Of a DNA stretch of 32,000 bases, positions 1 through 10,073 are shown one piece after another. This stretch comes from Trichodesmium erythraeum IMS101. Lineage in GTDB: Bacteria; Cyanobacteriota; Cyanobacteriia; Cyanobacteriales; Microcoleaceae. The position numbers and the translations under genes are program-made. The notes under the pieces are model-generated. The model searched no databases and was not told where the DNA came from. It saw only the letters and a program-made list of their open reading frames with translations. Positions within the stretch are counted from its first letter, which is position 1, and every line of letters begins with the position of its first letter. The stretch spans positions 1,440,001-1,472,000 of the forward strand of contig NC_008312.1 of NCBI RefSeq assembly GCF_000014265.1. Direction: 5' to 3'.

Positions 1-1514
1 CTAATATTTACAAATAATTTACTGCCAATGGGAAACAATGTTTTAGAATGAAAAGATTTTTTTTCTACTTCTATATCTAGTTTTTTAGGATAATTTTTAT
101 GTTTTTTAACTAGATGTACTTCTCCATTATTACCATTAACTAATAAGTAGTTACCTGTTTTAATTATTTTAGTAGAATTGGTAGCTCCGACAATAGCAGG
201 AATCCCAATTTCTCTGGATAAAATTGCAGCATGACTTGTGATACCGCCCTGTTCAGAAATTATCCCAGCAGCATTTTTTAGTAATGGCAAATAACTAGGA
301 ATAACTGCTGATACAACTAAAATTTTTTCTTTATAAACCTCTTTTAATTGTGGATTAAAATCCTTAATAACTACAGCTTGAGCTGTGACTTTTCCTTCTG
401 AGACTCCTATGCCTGTAACTATAGGGGAATCAAGTTTTTCAAGAGATTTTTTTTGCTTTTCTCTTGTTAAAGCAGTTGAATTTTCTGATTTTTTAGACTT
501 TGTTTGCATATCCTTAAAATCTGTAATTAATAGTTGATTTTCTTCATGATTATCACTTTTAAACAAAGTCCATTTAAAATAAAAACTAGTAGGAAATTCA
601 TTGGTTATTTTCTTAGTAATTTCAAGCAATAATTGTAAATATTTATCTCTCAAAGCAAATTCTTTTTGTACATTTTCTGGCAATAAAAAAGCTTGTAATC
701 CTAGTAAATTATCAGGAATAGGCATTTGAGTATTATCAATTTCTTGCCATGTATTGATATAGCTTACTTTTGTCATAGCTGTATCAAGGTTATAAGCGAT
801 AATTTTATTCCCTAGTTTTTTTTCTTGTATAGTGTAATTTTTAGGAGAAATTAGAAAAGAGTCAGGGATAACTTGCCCGAGCTCAATAGATATTCCTAAA
901 CCATAAGTTGCTTGAATTTCCCAACTATTTGCAAAAGCTTGCATAGTTCCTGAAGCGATCGCTGATTGTAAAGATTGTACTAAAATTACTGGTTGAAGTT
1001 TTTGAATATCAACTTGGTGAATATGCCAATACAATAAACTTTTAGCTTTAAAGATTTCTGACCAGGCCTGTTTAATTACTTGAGTAAATTTTTCTGATTT
1101 AGCTTGACAGATTTTTACATCTAATATCCCAAAAGTTTCCAGTTTAGGAGAAGCTAAATAAGGCTGAAAAATTAAGCTTTCAGCATTAAGATTATTAATT
1201 GCAGATTCCAAAGATGAGACTAACTCTAATGGTAAATCAGCAGAAAAGATATAGTAATTAATTGATTGAGAAATATGTTGCCATTGTTGATAGTCATCAA
1301 TATTAAAATTTAAAGAAGAGTCAGGGAAATTAGCTAATAAAGGATCCGACCAATTAATACGTTCTAAAAATTGCCACAAGGTATTGGCTGGAATGACAAA
1401 ACCAGGGCTAATTGGATAACCTTTATCCATCAGATCTGCTAAATAAAAAGCTTTTTCTCCTACTATGTTCCAGTCTGATGATTTAATTTGATCTAGCCAG
1501 TAAAACTTATACAC
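1..1514 (-). CDS. PEP-utilising enzyme family protein (phosphoenolpyruvate synthase / pyruvate,water dikinase-like), N-terminal ~504 codons; continues past the left edge
   Basis: Absent from the ORF track because it runs off the window. Hand translation of the minus strand from GTG at 1514 (VYKFYWLDQIKSSDWNIVGEKAFYLADLMDKGYPISPGFVIPANT...) stays open to position 1. It contains the phosphohistidine swivel-domain motif GGITSHAAILSREIGIPAIVGAT (about 180-250), in frame with the proposed start. Confidence 0.75.
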   Translation of the reverse strand, partial: MYKFYWLDQIKSSDWNIVGEKAFYLADLMDKGYPISPGFVIPANTLWQFLERINWSDPLLANFPDSSLNFNIDDYQQWQHISQSINYYIFSADLPLELVSSLESAINNLNAESLIFQPYLASPKLETFGILDVKICQAKSEKFTQVIKQAWSEIFKAKSLLYWHIHQVDIQKLQPVILVQSLQSAIASGTMQAFANSWEIQATYGLGISIELGQVIPDSFLISPKNYTIQEKKLGNKIIAYNLDTAMTKVSYINTWQEIDNTQMPIPDNLLGLQAFLLPENVQKEFALRDKYLQLLLEITKKITNEFPTSFYFKWTLFKSDNHEENQLLITDFKDMQTKSKKSENSTALTREKQKKSLEKLDSPIVTGIGVSEGKVTAQAVVIKDFNPQLKEVYKEKILVVSAVIPSYLPLLKNAAGIISEQGGITSHAAILSREIGIPAIVGATNSTKIIKTGNYLLVNGNNGEVHLVKKHKNYPKKLDIEVEKKSFHSKTLFPIGSKLFVNI

Positions 1515-1555
1515 AAAACTATTACTTTGCTTACGTCATTTTAATTATTATAGTT

Positions 1556-1642
1556 ATCAGCTATCAGTTATCAGTACCGAGCAATTTCAGCCAAAGACTT
1601 GATTTTTTTTCATTCCCTTAAAATGGATATCTGATAGCTGAT
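1556..1642. repeat. STRR-like heptamer repeats forming a 12-bp perfect inverted repeat (ATCAGCTATCAG at 1556-1567, CTGATAGCTGAT at 1631-1642) in the divergent intergenic region
   Basis: Read directly. Related CTGATAG/TTATCAG runs occur at 9961-9975 and 25830-25860. Confidence 0.6.
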
Positions 1643-1708
1643 GGCTGAATGCTTATTATTAACATAAAATAATATTAGAAATATTATATCTTTTCAAGGT
1701 TCTTGACA

Positions 1709-2476
1709 ATGATTAAATTTATCCGGAGAAAAATTTTTAAACCATTTTTGAATATACTTCTTAAAGCTAACTGTCCTCTTTGTCAGCGTTCAGCAGACAG
1801 AGAGTTTTGTCAGTATTGCGAAAAACAAGTTTGGCACTGTCAGTTTCCTGGTGGAGGAGAAATATTTTCTGGAGAAGTACCTATATTTGTTTGGGGTCAA
1901 TATAAAGATAGTCTCAAACGAGCGATCGCTGCCATGAAATATGAAGATCACCCAGAAATAGCAAAACCCCTGGGATATTGGTTGGCGGATGGATGGTTAG
2001 CTACAGCACCCCGTGAAAAAGCGGTGGTTATACCCATTCCTATGCACAAAAAAAAGCAGAGGGAACGAGGTTTTAATCAATCTGAACTATTGGCCAATAG
2101 TTTTTGTGAGGCGACAGGTTTACAGATATGGCGAAATGCTTTGGTAAAACTGAAACAGACTCAGCCATTATATAATTTGTCTTCTCAGGAGAGGCTAGAG
2201 ATGGTAAAGGATATTTTTGCGATAGGCAAAGATTTCCGTAATCGGAGTTCCTATGCTCCAGTTTTACTGGTGGATGATATTTATACAACTGGTGCAACGG
2301 TGAATTCTGCTATAGAGGTTTTGCGTAAAGCTGGTATTAAAGTCGTGGGAGTATTGGCGATCGCGACTACAAAAGAACCTACTGCGAAGAAACCACTATT
2401 AAAAAGTAAAAAAGTTGTGAAAAAAATCTACTTCTCAAAAGTAGAAATGAAACTCAAAAATATAGTAAGTCAGTAA
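1709..2476 (+). CDS. comF: ComF family protein (phosphoribosyltransferase-fold, competence-associated)
   Basis: N-terminal Cys pairs CPLCQR...CQYC, C-terminal PRTase motif VLLVDDIYTTGATVNSA, Lys-rich tail. The track starts at TTG 1703; ATG at 1709 is the more likely start. Confidence 0.8.
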   Translation: MIKFIRRKIFKPFLNILLKANCPLCQRSADREFCQYCEKQVWHCQFPGGGEIFSGEVPIFVWGQYKDSLKRAIAAMKYEDHPEIAKPLGYWLADGWLATAPREKAVVIPIPMHKKKQRERGFNQSELLANSFCEATGLQIWRNALVKLKQTQPLYNLSSQERLEMVKDIFAIGKDFRNRSSYAPVLLVDDIYTTGATVNSAIEVLRKAGIKVVGVLAIATTKEPTAKKPLLKSKKVVKKIYFSKVEMKLKNIVSQ

Positions 2477-3312
2477 CAGTTTTTTGTGATACTACTTATT
2501 CCGAGTAAGTAGGTAGGCGTGAAAAAACTTAGCTATATTAAGATTTATGTACTGACTTCAAGCTCTTCCACACAATTGATTTGAGGCGAATTTAGATTTT
2601 GTTATATAGCGACAAAATTCATACTGACCTACTTAAAGTATGATATGATATAAATAGTATATTTTTTATCCAAAATATATCTCTCCAAAAATGTCTATTT
2701 GGAAATAGCGGGGCAAGGGCTTGAGAACCTTTTCTAGAGATTTTTTTAGGAGAATAAAAACTGAATTGCTAGCTTACAAAAACTATTGAAAGGGACATCA
2801 AACATCAAATATTGTAATCACAATTATTATTAGAGCCCTATTCTTTTGTTACCCTTAGTATTATATCAAATGCGATAGTATCGGTATAAATAAAGTATAG
2901 AAATCGGGAACAATATCTAGCAAAGGCTGAAAAAATTTCCCCTCATAGTTGGGCTAGACTTTAAACCAAATTTTTCAGTTTTAGGAACAAGGGAAGTAAA
3001 CTTAGAAATTTTAGGCCAACCTTTACGGGAAATGGGAATTAATCCAGATGATTGAATAAATTTATTCTTACTAATAAAATGGGACTAATATCGATATACA
3101 TTGAATTTTTCAAAATACACAAATTTGCTTTAAAATTTTATTAATAACTGTTACAAATTTATTAAAAACTAATACTGTTTGAGATTTTTATGATTAACTT
3201 ATATTTTTTGTTAAAAATAAAATAATACTTCAACTGTATTAAAAGCATTTAATAATTTGGGCAACAACTAAATATCGTAATTGTCAATAAAAAACTTTTA
3301 TAGTTTTAAATT

Positions 3313-4083
3313 ATGGAATGGCAAGAAAATTCTGGTAATTGGGTATTAATACCCTCTCGTCCCAAAGCAATCATACATTTTTTGGGTGGAGCATTTGTTG
3401 CAACAGCACCCCATGTTACTTATCGGTGTTTACTAGAGATTCTAGCAAATCAAGGCTATGCAGTAATAGCTACTCCTTTTATCAATACTTTAGACCATTT
3501 AGCAATAGCTAACAACGTTCTCAGTAGTTTTGAGAATTGCCTAAATCACTTATATACTAGTGAAATACTCAGGAAAAAATCTTTACCTATCTATGGAATT
3601 GGGCATAGTATGGGATGTAAGTTACATTTACTCATGGGCAGTTTAAACTCTATAGCAAGAGCTGGTAATATTCTCATATCTTTCAACAATTTTGGAGCTC
3701 GTAATGCTATTCCCATGGTCGAACAAATATCTTCTGTAGTGAAAGTAGAGTTTACTCCATCCCCAAAAATTACAAACAGCATAATTCAAAAGCGTTATCA
3801 AATTCGGCGCAATTTATTGATTAAATTTAATAATGATAATATAGATCAAACTCTTCGTTTGAGCGATATATTACGACTACGTTTTCCCAGCATGGTAACA
3901 GTTCAGAGATTAAATGGAAATCATTTAACGCCCTTAGGTCAAGATTTAAGTTGGTCTGTAGGACAAGTATATACTCCTGTAGATGCTATTGGTCAATGGC
4001 TGAAACAAGAGATTTATAAAGACTTCAATAAACTTCAACGTGAAATCCTACTTTGGTTAAATCCACTAGCACCAATATCATAG
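3313..4083 (+). CDS. DUF1350 family protein (alpha/beta-hydrolase fold, cyanobacteria/plastid lineage)
   Basis: 256-aa ORF. The N-terminus (WVLIPSRPKAIIHFLGGAFVATAPHVTYRCLLEILANQGYAVIATPF) and the GHSMGC nucleophile-elbow-like motif are typical of DUF1350. Confidence 0.7.
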   Translation: MEWQENSGNWVLIPSRPKAIIHFLGGAFVATAPHVTYRCLLEILANQGYAVIATPFINTLDHLAIANNVLSSFENCLNHLYTSEILRKKSLPIYGIGHSMGCKLHLLMGSLNSIARAGNILISFNNFGARNAIPMVEQISSVVKVEFTPSPKITNSIIQKRYQIRRNLLIKFNNDNIDQTLRLSDILRLRFPSMVTVQRLNGNHLTPLGQDLSWSVGQVYTPVDAIGQWLKQEIYKDFNKLQREILLWLNPLAPIS

Positions 4084-4420
4084 CTTGATCCTGATAAATT
4101 CTAAGTAATCGTATCACAATCGGAACAATTCTTTTGTTATAGGATATATGGCCAATATTGTTTGATTATTAACAAACAGTTACGATTATTAGATGTACAG
4201 GTACAACTAATATTATCTGCTATTGCATTAAGTTAATCTTATACCCTGGCCACCATCAACAAAAGAGGTATTGTGAAAATAGTCAAATAATTAATTACTA
4301 TAGCTATGTTTTAGGGAGCGATGTACTACATTTGCTCCGCTTTTCATGTCGCGCAGCGAAACCTTATTTCCCTATTTCCCTAAAATACTTAACTTTTACT
4401 CTAAAAGGGGATTTTTGCAC

Positions 4421-5433
4421 CATAGTGTAATAATCATAGTACATGGCATAAAAGTAAGTATGAGTCAGTCAAAGTCCAAGTCAAAGTCCAAGTACCGTCT
4501 TAGCAACTGGTCGGAGTATAATACTTCTTTAAAACAAAGAGGTAGTTTGACATTTAGGCTCACCCTATGAGGTAATAAAGCAGTGGGTCAATAAACACAA
4601 AAGTTGACCTAGAAGAGCATCTAACAATACAAGTGATTTGATAATTGAATTAATAGTAACTTTGAGTTGTTTATTTGGACTACCAGGGCGACAAACGCAA
4701 AGGTTTATAGAATCCGTATTTCAAGTTGATGGGATTAGATTTACCTGTGCTAGATTATATCACTGTATCCCGTAGAGTCCCCGAAATTAAATATTGCGTA
4801 CAGCGTGATGCCAACTACATAAGATATTCATTTTTTAGTAGATTCTACAGGGGTCAAAGTTTACACCTGAAGGAGAATGGAAAACTACGATTCACCGTTT
4901 TTGGTAAAGGTAGAACATGGGGTAAATTACATCTAGGTTTGAATATTTGCGCAGCATCTGAGGAATGCTGCAGAAAAGATTATCACAGCAATAGCTACAA
5001 CTAATAATGTTGCTGACGAGCAAGTATGAGGGTGATCTAGAGTGAGGTTGATAAAGATGATATTGTCCAAGTATCAGCCGATGGAGCAAAATATCAATAT
5101 AAGTGTGATGAAAAAGCTAGTCAGTTGGGGGCAAAATCAATAATTCCTCTATGAAAAGATGGGGTTATTTGGCAGCATGGTAATTGTCAAGAAACTCCTC
5201 ATTCTAGGAATGAAAACTTGAGGCAGGTTTTGGCAAGTGGGACGAGCATGGATGGAAACAGGAAAGTGGTTACTATCGACTCTCTCTATCTCAAACTAAT
5301 ATGTAAGGACTAAAAACGATATTTCGAGGGAAGTTACGACGACGAAAACAGAGATGCTCAAGTAGTGGAATGATTTGTAAAATGTACAAAGCGAATTATT
5401 CAAAGAGGTAAACCTGAAGGTTACATGGGTTAA
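4421..5433 (+). mobile_element. Decayed IS5-family insertion sequence; transposase pseudogene from ATG 4460 to TAA 5431-5433 with many stops and frameshifts
   Basis: MSQSKSKSKSKYRLSNWSEYNTSLKQRGSLTF is the canonical IS5-group N-terminus. Later frames give ...FGLPGRQTQRFIESVF..., RTWGKLHLG..., VQVSADGA.YQYKCDEKASQLGAKSIIPL.KDGVIWQHGNCQETPHSRNENLRQV, interrupted repeatedly. Confidence 0.8.
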
Positions 5434-5817
5434 GTCTAATTACTTCTAATAGGGGAGTAGTTTACGATCGCTACCTTCATCCAAGAAAGCTCTTTGGTAG
5501 TTGAGCGATAGCCACAAATTAGTTGCGATCGCGAAGTTAATTTTATACTTAATTTTAATGTAACAATATTTTCTGAAATTCGTATAAGTTTCAATATTTT
5601 TTTTCTGAGAGTGAGAAAATAAGCTTTTATTTTAGAAACAGAAATTATATTTTTAATAATTGATAAAAATTTAATCTTAGCAAAATCAAGAAGTTCTTAT
5701 TTTGACTTTAGCGATCGCCTATGAGATACTATTTTACCTATTTAATTATTACTGTTACTGTACCTGACAAGGATACGAAGGTGCTGTAATTTCAATCAAA
5801 GTAAACGGGTACTGTTA

Positions 5818-6116
5818 GTTTTAGACCAAGTAAGATGGTATATGACTAACAAGTTGGTATTACCTGAAAGTATTGACCTGTTTTTTCTCCCGAGTCACTC
5901 CCACCTAGTTGCCACCAGCATAATGTTTGTGGCCTTTGACCAATGAATCTATAGATCGATCTTTTGCTTCGGCATAGAACAACTAACATCCGAGGGTTCG
6001 CCAACCATTCACCAGAAAACTTAGATGAATTAGAATAGCTATTGATCTATCGCTGTCAAAAAATTATGGATCAGCATAAATTTCCAGGAATGGTTAACCT
6101 GTTTTAACCCTTTGTC
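5818..6116 (+). pseudogene. C-terminal remnant of a DDE (IS630-like) transposase
   Basis: Translation VLDQVRWYMTNKLVLPESIDLFFLPSHSHL... resembles the conserved ILDNA.WH..KKL.IPENI.L.FLPPYSP.LNP.E block, followed by stops and frameshifts. No N-terminal part was found. Confidence 0.4.
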
Positions 6117-6530
6117 TCAAACTAGTAATGTTGAATCATTACTAATCATCCGGACATGATATTACTCAACAAAATTATTTACCTATTTGAATTATTTGTA
6201 CTTTTGAGAAGGGGAAGAATTCAGCTTATATGGGTGCGTAATTAATTTTGTATTATCCCTTGTCATGTTACCATATTTTTCCTTTTCTATTTGCTGATAA
6301 CTAAAAATAATTTACATTAAATTTGAAGCACCGTTAGCAGAATTTTAAGCTGGCAGTTGCCACACAGATATAATTCATATTTTTTATATCGGTACGTCGA
6401 AATATTTTAGTAATTAATCTCAAAAAATCATAATTTATATAGGCTTATAAATAAACATATATTACTACTAACATTAACAATAAACATTTCGATATCTTTA
6501 ATATAATAGACTTTTTTATGCACGCCCTAA

Positions 6531-7538
6531 TTATTTAAATTTAGTAGCTTTTCCTGAGTTATGAGAGCTTTTTTGACTCAAATTAGCAACTTTTAAAGTA
6601 TACAAACTTGCTTCTGGAGTTATATATAAGGGAGTTCCCTGCAACAAATATTCAATTACCATTTTCGTATCTTTAGCAAATAAACCACGCCTAGCACCTA
6701 CTTCTATAGTTTGTATTTTTTCTCCCTGCAATAGTTGACCTTGTTGGGGAGTAAAAATTAATTTACCTTTTTCACCGTAAAGAGTAAAGGTATTTTCTGA
6801 ATGCCAAAAAGTTTCACCTTTGCCATAGACAACTTCCCCAATTACATTATTATTAAACCTTAACTGAGCAGTACACAAACAGGCTTTATAAAGGTCAACT
6901 TCTGTATACCAAAACTGACTTTGACAATTAACGGTATCAACCTGACCAAATAGGTCGGTAAACCGATGGAAACGAGATAGTGCTCCTACAAAAGGAAAGC
7001 CAAATAGTGAATAGCGATAAGTCCATTTTTGGGAGGCAGGTTGTTTAGAATTAATTGTGACGTAACGGGCATAGAAAATTTTACCAATTTTGGACAAAGA
7101 TTCTTTAATAGTATTGTGGAGACCACCGAGAAGTTCTATATGTTCAACGTGTAATAGTTTATTTTTCTTCTTTGCTAGAGTAATTAATGACTCGGCTTCA
7201 GTTGGGTCTAGAGAGAGAGGATATTCAACTATAATATGTTTGTTATTTTCCAGAGCTGCAAGCGCGATCGCTCCATGATCTCTATTAATAGTAGAAATGA
7301 TGACTAGATCCAAATCTTTTCGTTCTACCAGTTGTTGCCAAGAGGCTGCACTTTCAACTTGAAAGGTTTGACTAAACGCTTCGGTTTTTTCTGGGGTATG
7401 ACCTGCAACAGTTACTAGGAGGGAGCGCTCATCCGCTTTTAATGTCTCAGCTCTAGCCTTGGCAGCATAACCAGTGCCAACAATACCAACTCTAATTGGG
7501 ATAGAGCAGAAAGAGGAAGAGATATTTATTTGAGTCAT
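6531..7538 (-). CDS. bvdR: Gfo/Idh/MocA-fold NAD(P)H oxidoreductase, biliverdin reductase (BvdR)-like
   Basis: 335-aa ORF. Rossmann motif VGIVGTGYAAKARAE, then IIVEYPLSL...LLHVEHIELLGG and FYARY...WTYR..FGFPFVGALSRFHRFTDLFG, which I recognise as the biliverdin-reductase catalytic and C-terminal region. The assignment is from memory of the family, not from a search. Confidence 0.6.
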   Translation of the reverse strand: MTQINISSSFCSIPIRVGIVGTGYAAKARAETLKADERSLLVTVAGHTPEKTEAFSQTFQVESAASWQQLVERKDLDLVIISTINRDHGAIALAALENNKHIIVEYPLSLDPTEAESLITLAKKKNKLLHVEHIELLGGLHNTIKESLSKIGKIFYARYVTINSKQPASQKWTYRYSLFGFPFVGALSRFHRFTDLFGQVDTVNCQSQFWYTEVDLYKACLCTAQLRFNNNVIGEVVYGKGETFWHSENTFTLYGEKGKLIFTPQQGQLLQGEKIQTIEVGARRGLFAKDTKMVIEYLLQGTPLYITPEASLYTLKVANLSQKSSHNSGKATKFK

Positions 7539-7843
7539 ACCAAAATATAGAATTACACAATCTTATATTATAAACTATATATTTAATATTTATGACATAT
7601 TTAATTTTTTTTATACATATAAATTAAAATAATGGCCAATTATGTATAAGTAATCAGAATTAAATTAGAATTATTTATAACAAATTCTATGGTAATTTTT
7701 CTCTCAATGGGTTTTACAACTTTGCTTTTTTCCCTTAATATCAGAGATAGAAAAAAAACAAGTGCAAATACTTTGGTTAATTTAGCCTAGTAATTTGTAT
7801 AAGTTTAAATTATAACTTGAAATTCTTATTGGAGGAAGATTTA

Positions 7844-8134
7844 ATGGCTACTTACAAAGTTACTTTAAAAACGCCAGACGGTGACCAAGTAATTGACTGC
7901 CCTGAGGATGAGATTATTCTTGACATTGCAGAAGATCAAGGCTTCGATTTACCCTACTCCTGCCGAGCTGGTGCTTGTTCTAGCTGTGCTGGTAAAGTAG
8001 AGTCTGGAACAGTAGATCAAGATGACCAGTCTTTTTTAGACGACGATCAAGTAAAAGAGGGATGGGTACTAACTTGTGTAGCTAAACCAACATCAGATTG
8101 TACTATTAACACTCATCAGGAAGATAATCTGTAG
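7844..8134 (+). CDS. Plant-type [2Fe-2S] ferredoxin, copy 1 (96 aa)
   Basis: MATYKVTL..., ligand motif [13 protein letters not shown]...LTCVA, GGAGGA 7 nt upstream of ATG 7844. The track's TTG start at 7817 is unlikely. Confidence 0.9.
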   Translation: MATYKVTLKTPDGDQVIDCPEDEIILDIAEDQGFDLPYSCRAGACSSCAGKVESGTVDQDDQSFLDDDQVKEGWVLTCVAKPTSDCTINTHQEDNL

Positions 8135-8316
8135 TTGTTAACTACTGTAGAAAATTGTCGAATTTGGTTGATATCCACAAGAGTCTAAAAAATAATTTGT
8201 CAGTCTTAATATTTTTAGATTTTCGGCTCTGGCAAAAAATAAAATTATTTGATGAAAAAATAGAAAAGGATAGACAAATTTTTAGACATTTAACTAGTGG
8301 AAACTAATAAAAAAGT

Positions 8317-8355
8317 AATTCTCACATCTAGGAAAATTTATGTGAGAATTTTTGC
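8317..8355 (+). terminator. Rho-independent terminator downstream of ferredoxin copy 1
   Basis: AATTCTCACAT (8317-8327) pairs with ATGTGAGAATT (8340-8350), 12-nt loop, followed by TTTTGC. Confidence 0.6.
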
Positions 8356-8556
8356 TTATCTTGAATACTCTTGATACTTAGTTATTTTTTTCAAGAAAAT
8401 CGGCAAAAAAGTTAATTTGAGCAATTTTCTACAGTTGAGTTAATACAGTAGTTTATCAAAACAAATAAATTTTTTTTTGTCAATAATTTAGGGATGGCTG
8501 AGCTTAAATAGACTCTTAAGGCACCACAACTAACAAAGAAGAAAAACTTTAATTAA

Positions 8557-8610
8557 AGACTTTAGTTGGCAACTTCAAATCAATCAATCTACCAAATAAA
8601 TTTTGAGAGG
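8557..8610 (+). promoter_or_regulatory. Repeated leader/promoter-like element, copy a (upstream of ferredoxin 2)
   Basis: AGACTTTAGTTGGCAACTTCAAATCAATCAATCTACCAAATAAATTTTGAGAGG. It is homologous to copies at 8921-8960 and 9535-9582. Has a -35-like TTGGCA/TTGACA, a spacer of about 17 nt, then TTACCA/TACCAA, and a GAGAGG RBS. Confidence 0.45.
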
Positions 8611-8618
8611 AAAATAAC

Positions 8619-8921
8619 ATGGCTACATACAAAGTTACTCTGATTAATGAAGAAGAAGGAATTAACCAAACTTTTGATTGTCCAGATGATGAGTATATTC
8701 TTGATGCAGCAGAAGAACAAGGCTTAGATTTACCCTACTCCTGTCGTGCAGGTGCTTGTTCTAGTTGTACTGGTAAAATAGAGTCTGGAACAATAGATCA
8801 AGCAGACCAATCTTTCTTAGATGATGACCAGATGACAGCAGGATATATATTAACTTGTGTAGCTTATCCTACTTCTGATTGTACTATTCGAACTCATCAA
8901 GAAGAAGGAATTGCATCATAG
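8619..8921 (+). CDS. Plant-type [2Fe-2S] ferredoxin, copy 2 (100 aa)
   Basis: [14 protein letters not shown]..., [13 protein letters not shown]...[11 protein letters not shown]. Confidence 0.9.
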   Translation: MATYKVTLINEEEGINQTFDCPDDEYILDAAEEQGLDLPYSCRAGACSSCTGKIESGTIDQADQSFLDDDQMTAGYILTCVAYPTSDCTIRTHQEEGIAS

Positions 8922-8960
8922 AATTGAGTTGACAACCTCAAGTCAATCAATTTACCAATA
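8921..8960 (+). promoter_or_regulatory. Repeated leader/promoter-like element, copy b (directly after the ferredoxin 2 stop; no ORF directly follows it)
   Basis: GAATTGAGTTGACAACCTCAAGTCAATCAATTTACCAATA; TTGACA at 8929-8934. Confidence 0.4.
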
Positions 8961-9195
8961 GCCTGGTTCTTGCCCATTAATTTCTGTAAGCGCCGAAAAC
9001 AAGGACAACATAAGTAATAAAAGTGTTTACAATATTTTCTTGTTGTCAACTTTGGTTGATACCCCCTCAGTAGATAACTTTCTACTTTGCATTGTTAACA
9101 AGTTTTAGCACTCATAGTATCCGAAATTATCTAAGGACGAAAATATTAAACCTATCCAAAAATAGATATTTTGGAGAGTTAGCATAAAGGTTTGA

Positions 9196-9534
<339 letters not shown>

Positions 9535-9582
9535 AGACTTGAGTTGACAACTTCAAGTCAATCAATTTACCAATTTTGAGAG
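9535..9582 (+). promoter_or_regulatory. Repeated leader/promoter-like element, copy c (upstream of the dead ferredoxin 4)
   Basis: AGACTTGAGTTGACAACTTCAAGTCAATCAATTTACCAATTTTGAGAG; TTGACA at 9544-9549. Confidence 0.4.
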
Positions 9583-9591
9583 TAACTTTAT

Positions 9592-9870
9592 ATGGCTACA
9601 TATAAAGCTACTCTGATGAATAAAAGATAAGGAGTTCATCAAACTATTGATTATCCTAGTGATAAATATATTTTTGATATTGCCACACAACAAACTCTAG
9701 AACTGCTCTATTCCTTTCGTGTAAATGCTAGTCCAGTTGTACCAGTCAAATTAAATTAGGCTCAGTAGACCAGCCTGATAAATCTAAATCTTTCTGAGAT
9801 AAAGATCAGGTGGCCATGTTGGTAGTTTACAAGATTTACCTACTGATATCAAACCATAGACTAGATGTAG
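9592..9870 (+). pseudogene. Decayed fourth ferredoxin copy
   Basis: Starts ATGGCTACATATAAAGCTACTCTGATGAAT, like copy 2, and aligns along its length. Stop at codon 13 (TAA) and further stops. The cluster Cys codons are replaced (TGT to TTT, AGT, GTA, TAC). Confidence 0.8.
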
Positions 9871-10073
9871 AGGTGAAAAGCCGTGTATGAACCACAATAT
9901 ATTTGCCTAGTACTCGGCAATAAAACACTCCTGCTAGATAAGACAGTTCTGGATAAGCTCTGTTATCAGTTATCTTAGAATGTATGACAATTTAGGATTT
10001 TTTAATTGTTTTCTAATTGATTAGAATTAACGATAAACAGCTAATCTATTTACCCAACTATAGCTATAACTAT

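Noticed and set aside
2073-2297. ORFs antisense to well-supported genes: 2073-2297, 3591-3782, 7090-7278, 14073-14360, 23255-23476, 24604-24801, 26542-26730, 30256-30441, 30564-30773, 30834-31073
   Set aside because: Each lies wholly inside and opposite a longer ORF with clear family motifs. Their translations are low-complexity, without motifs or plausible ribosome-binding sites.
4346-5089. Track ORFs 4346-4570, 4726-5004 and 4892-5089 as separate genes
   Set aside because: The first two are fragments of one decayed IS5 transposase reading frame. The third is antisense to it.
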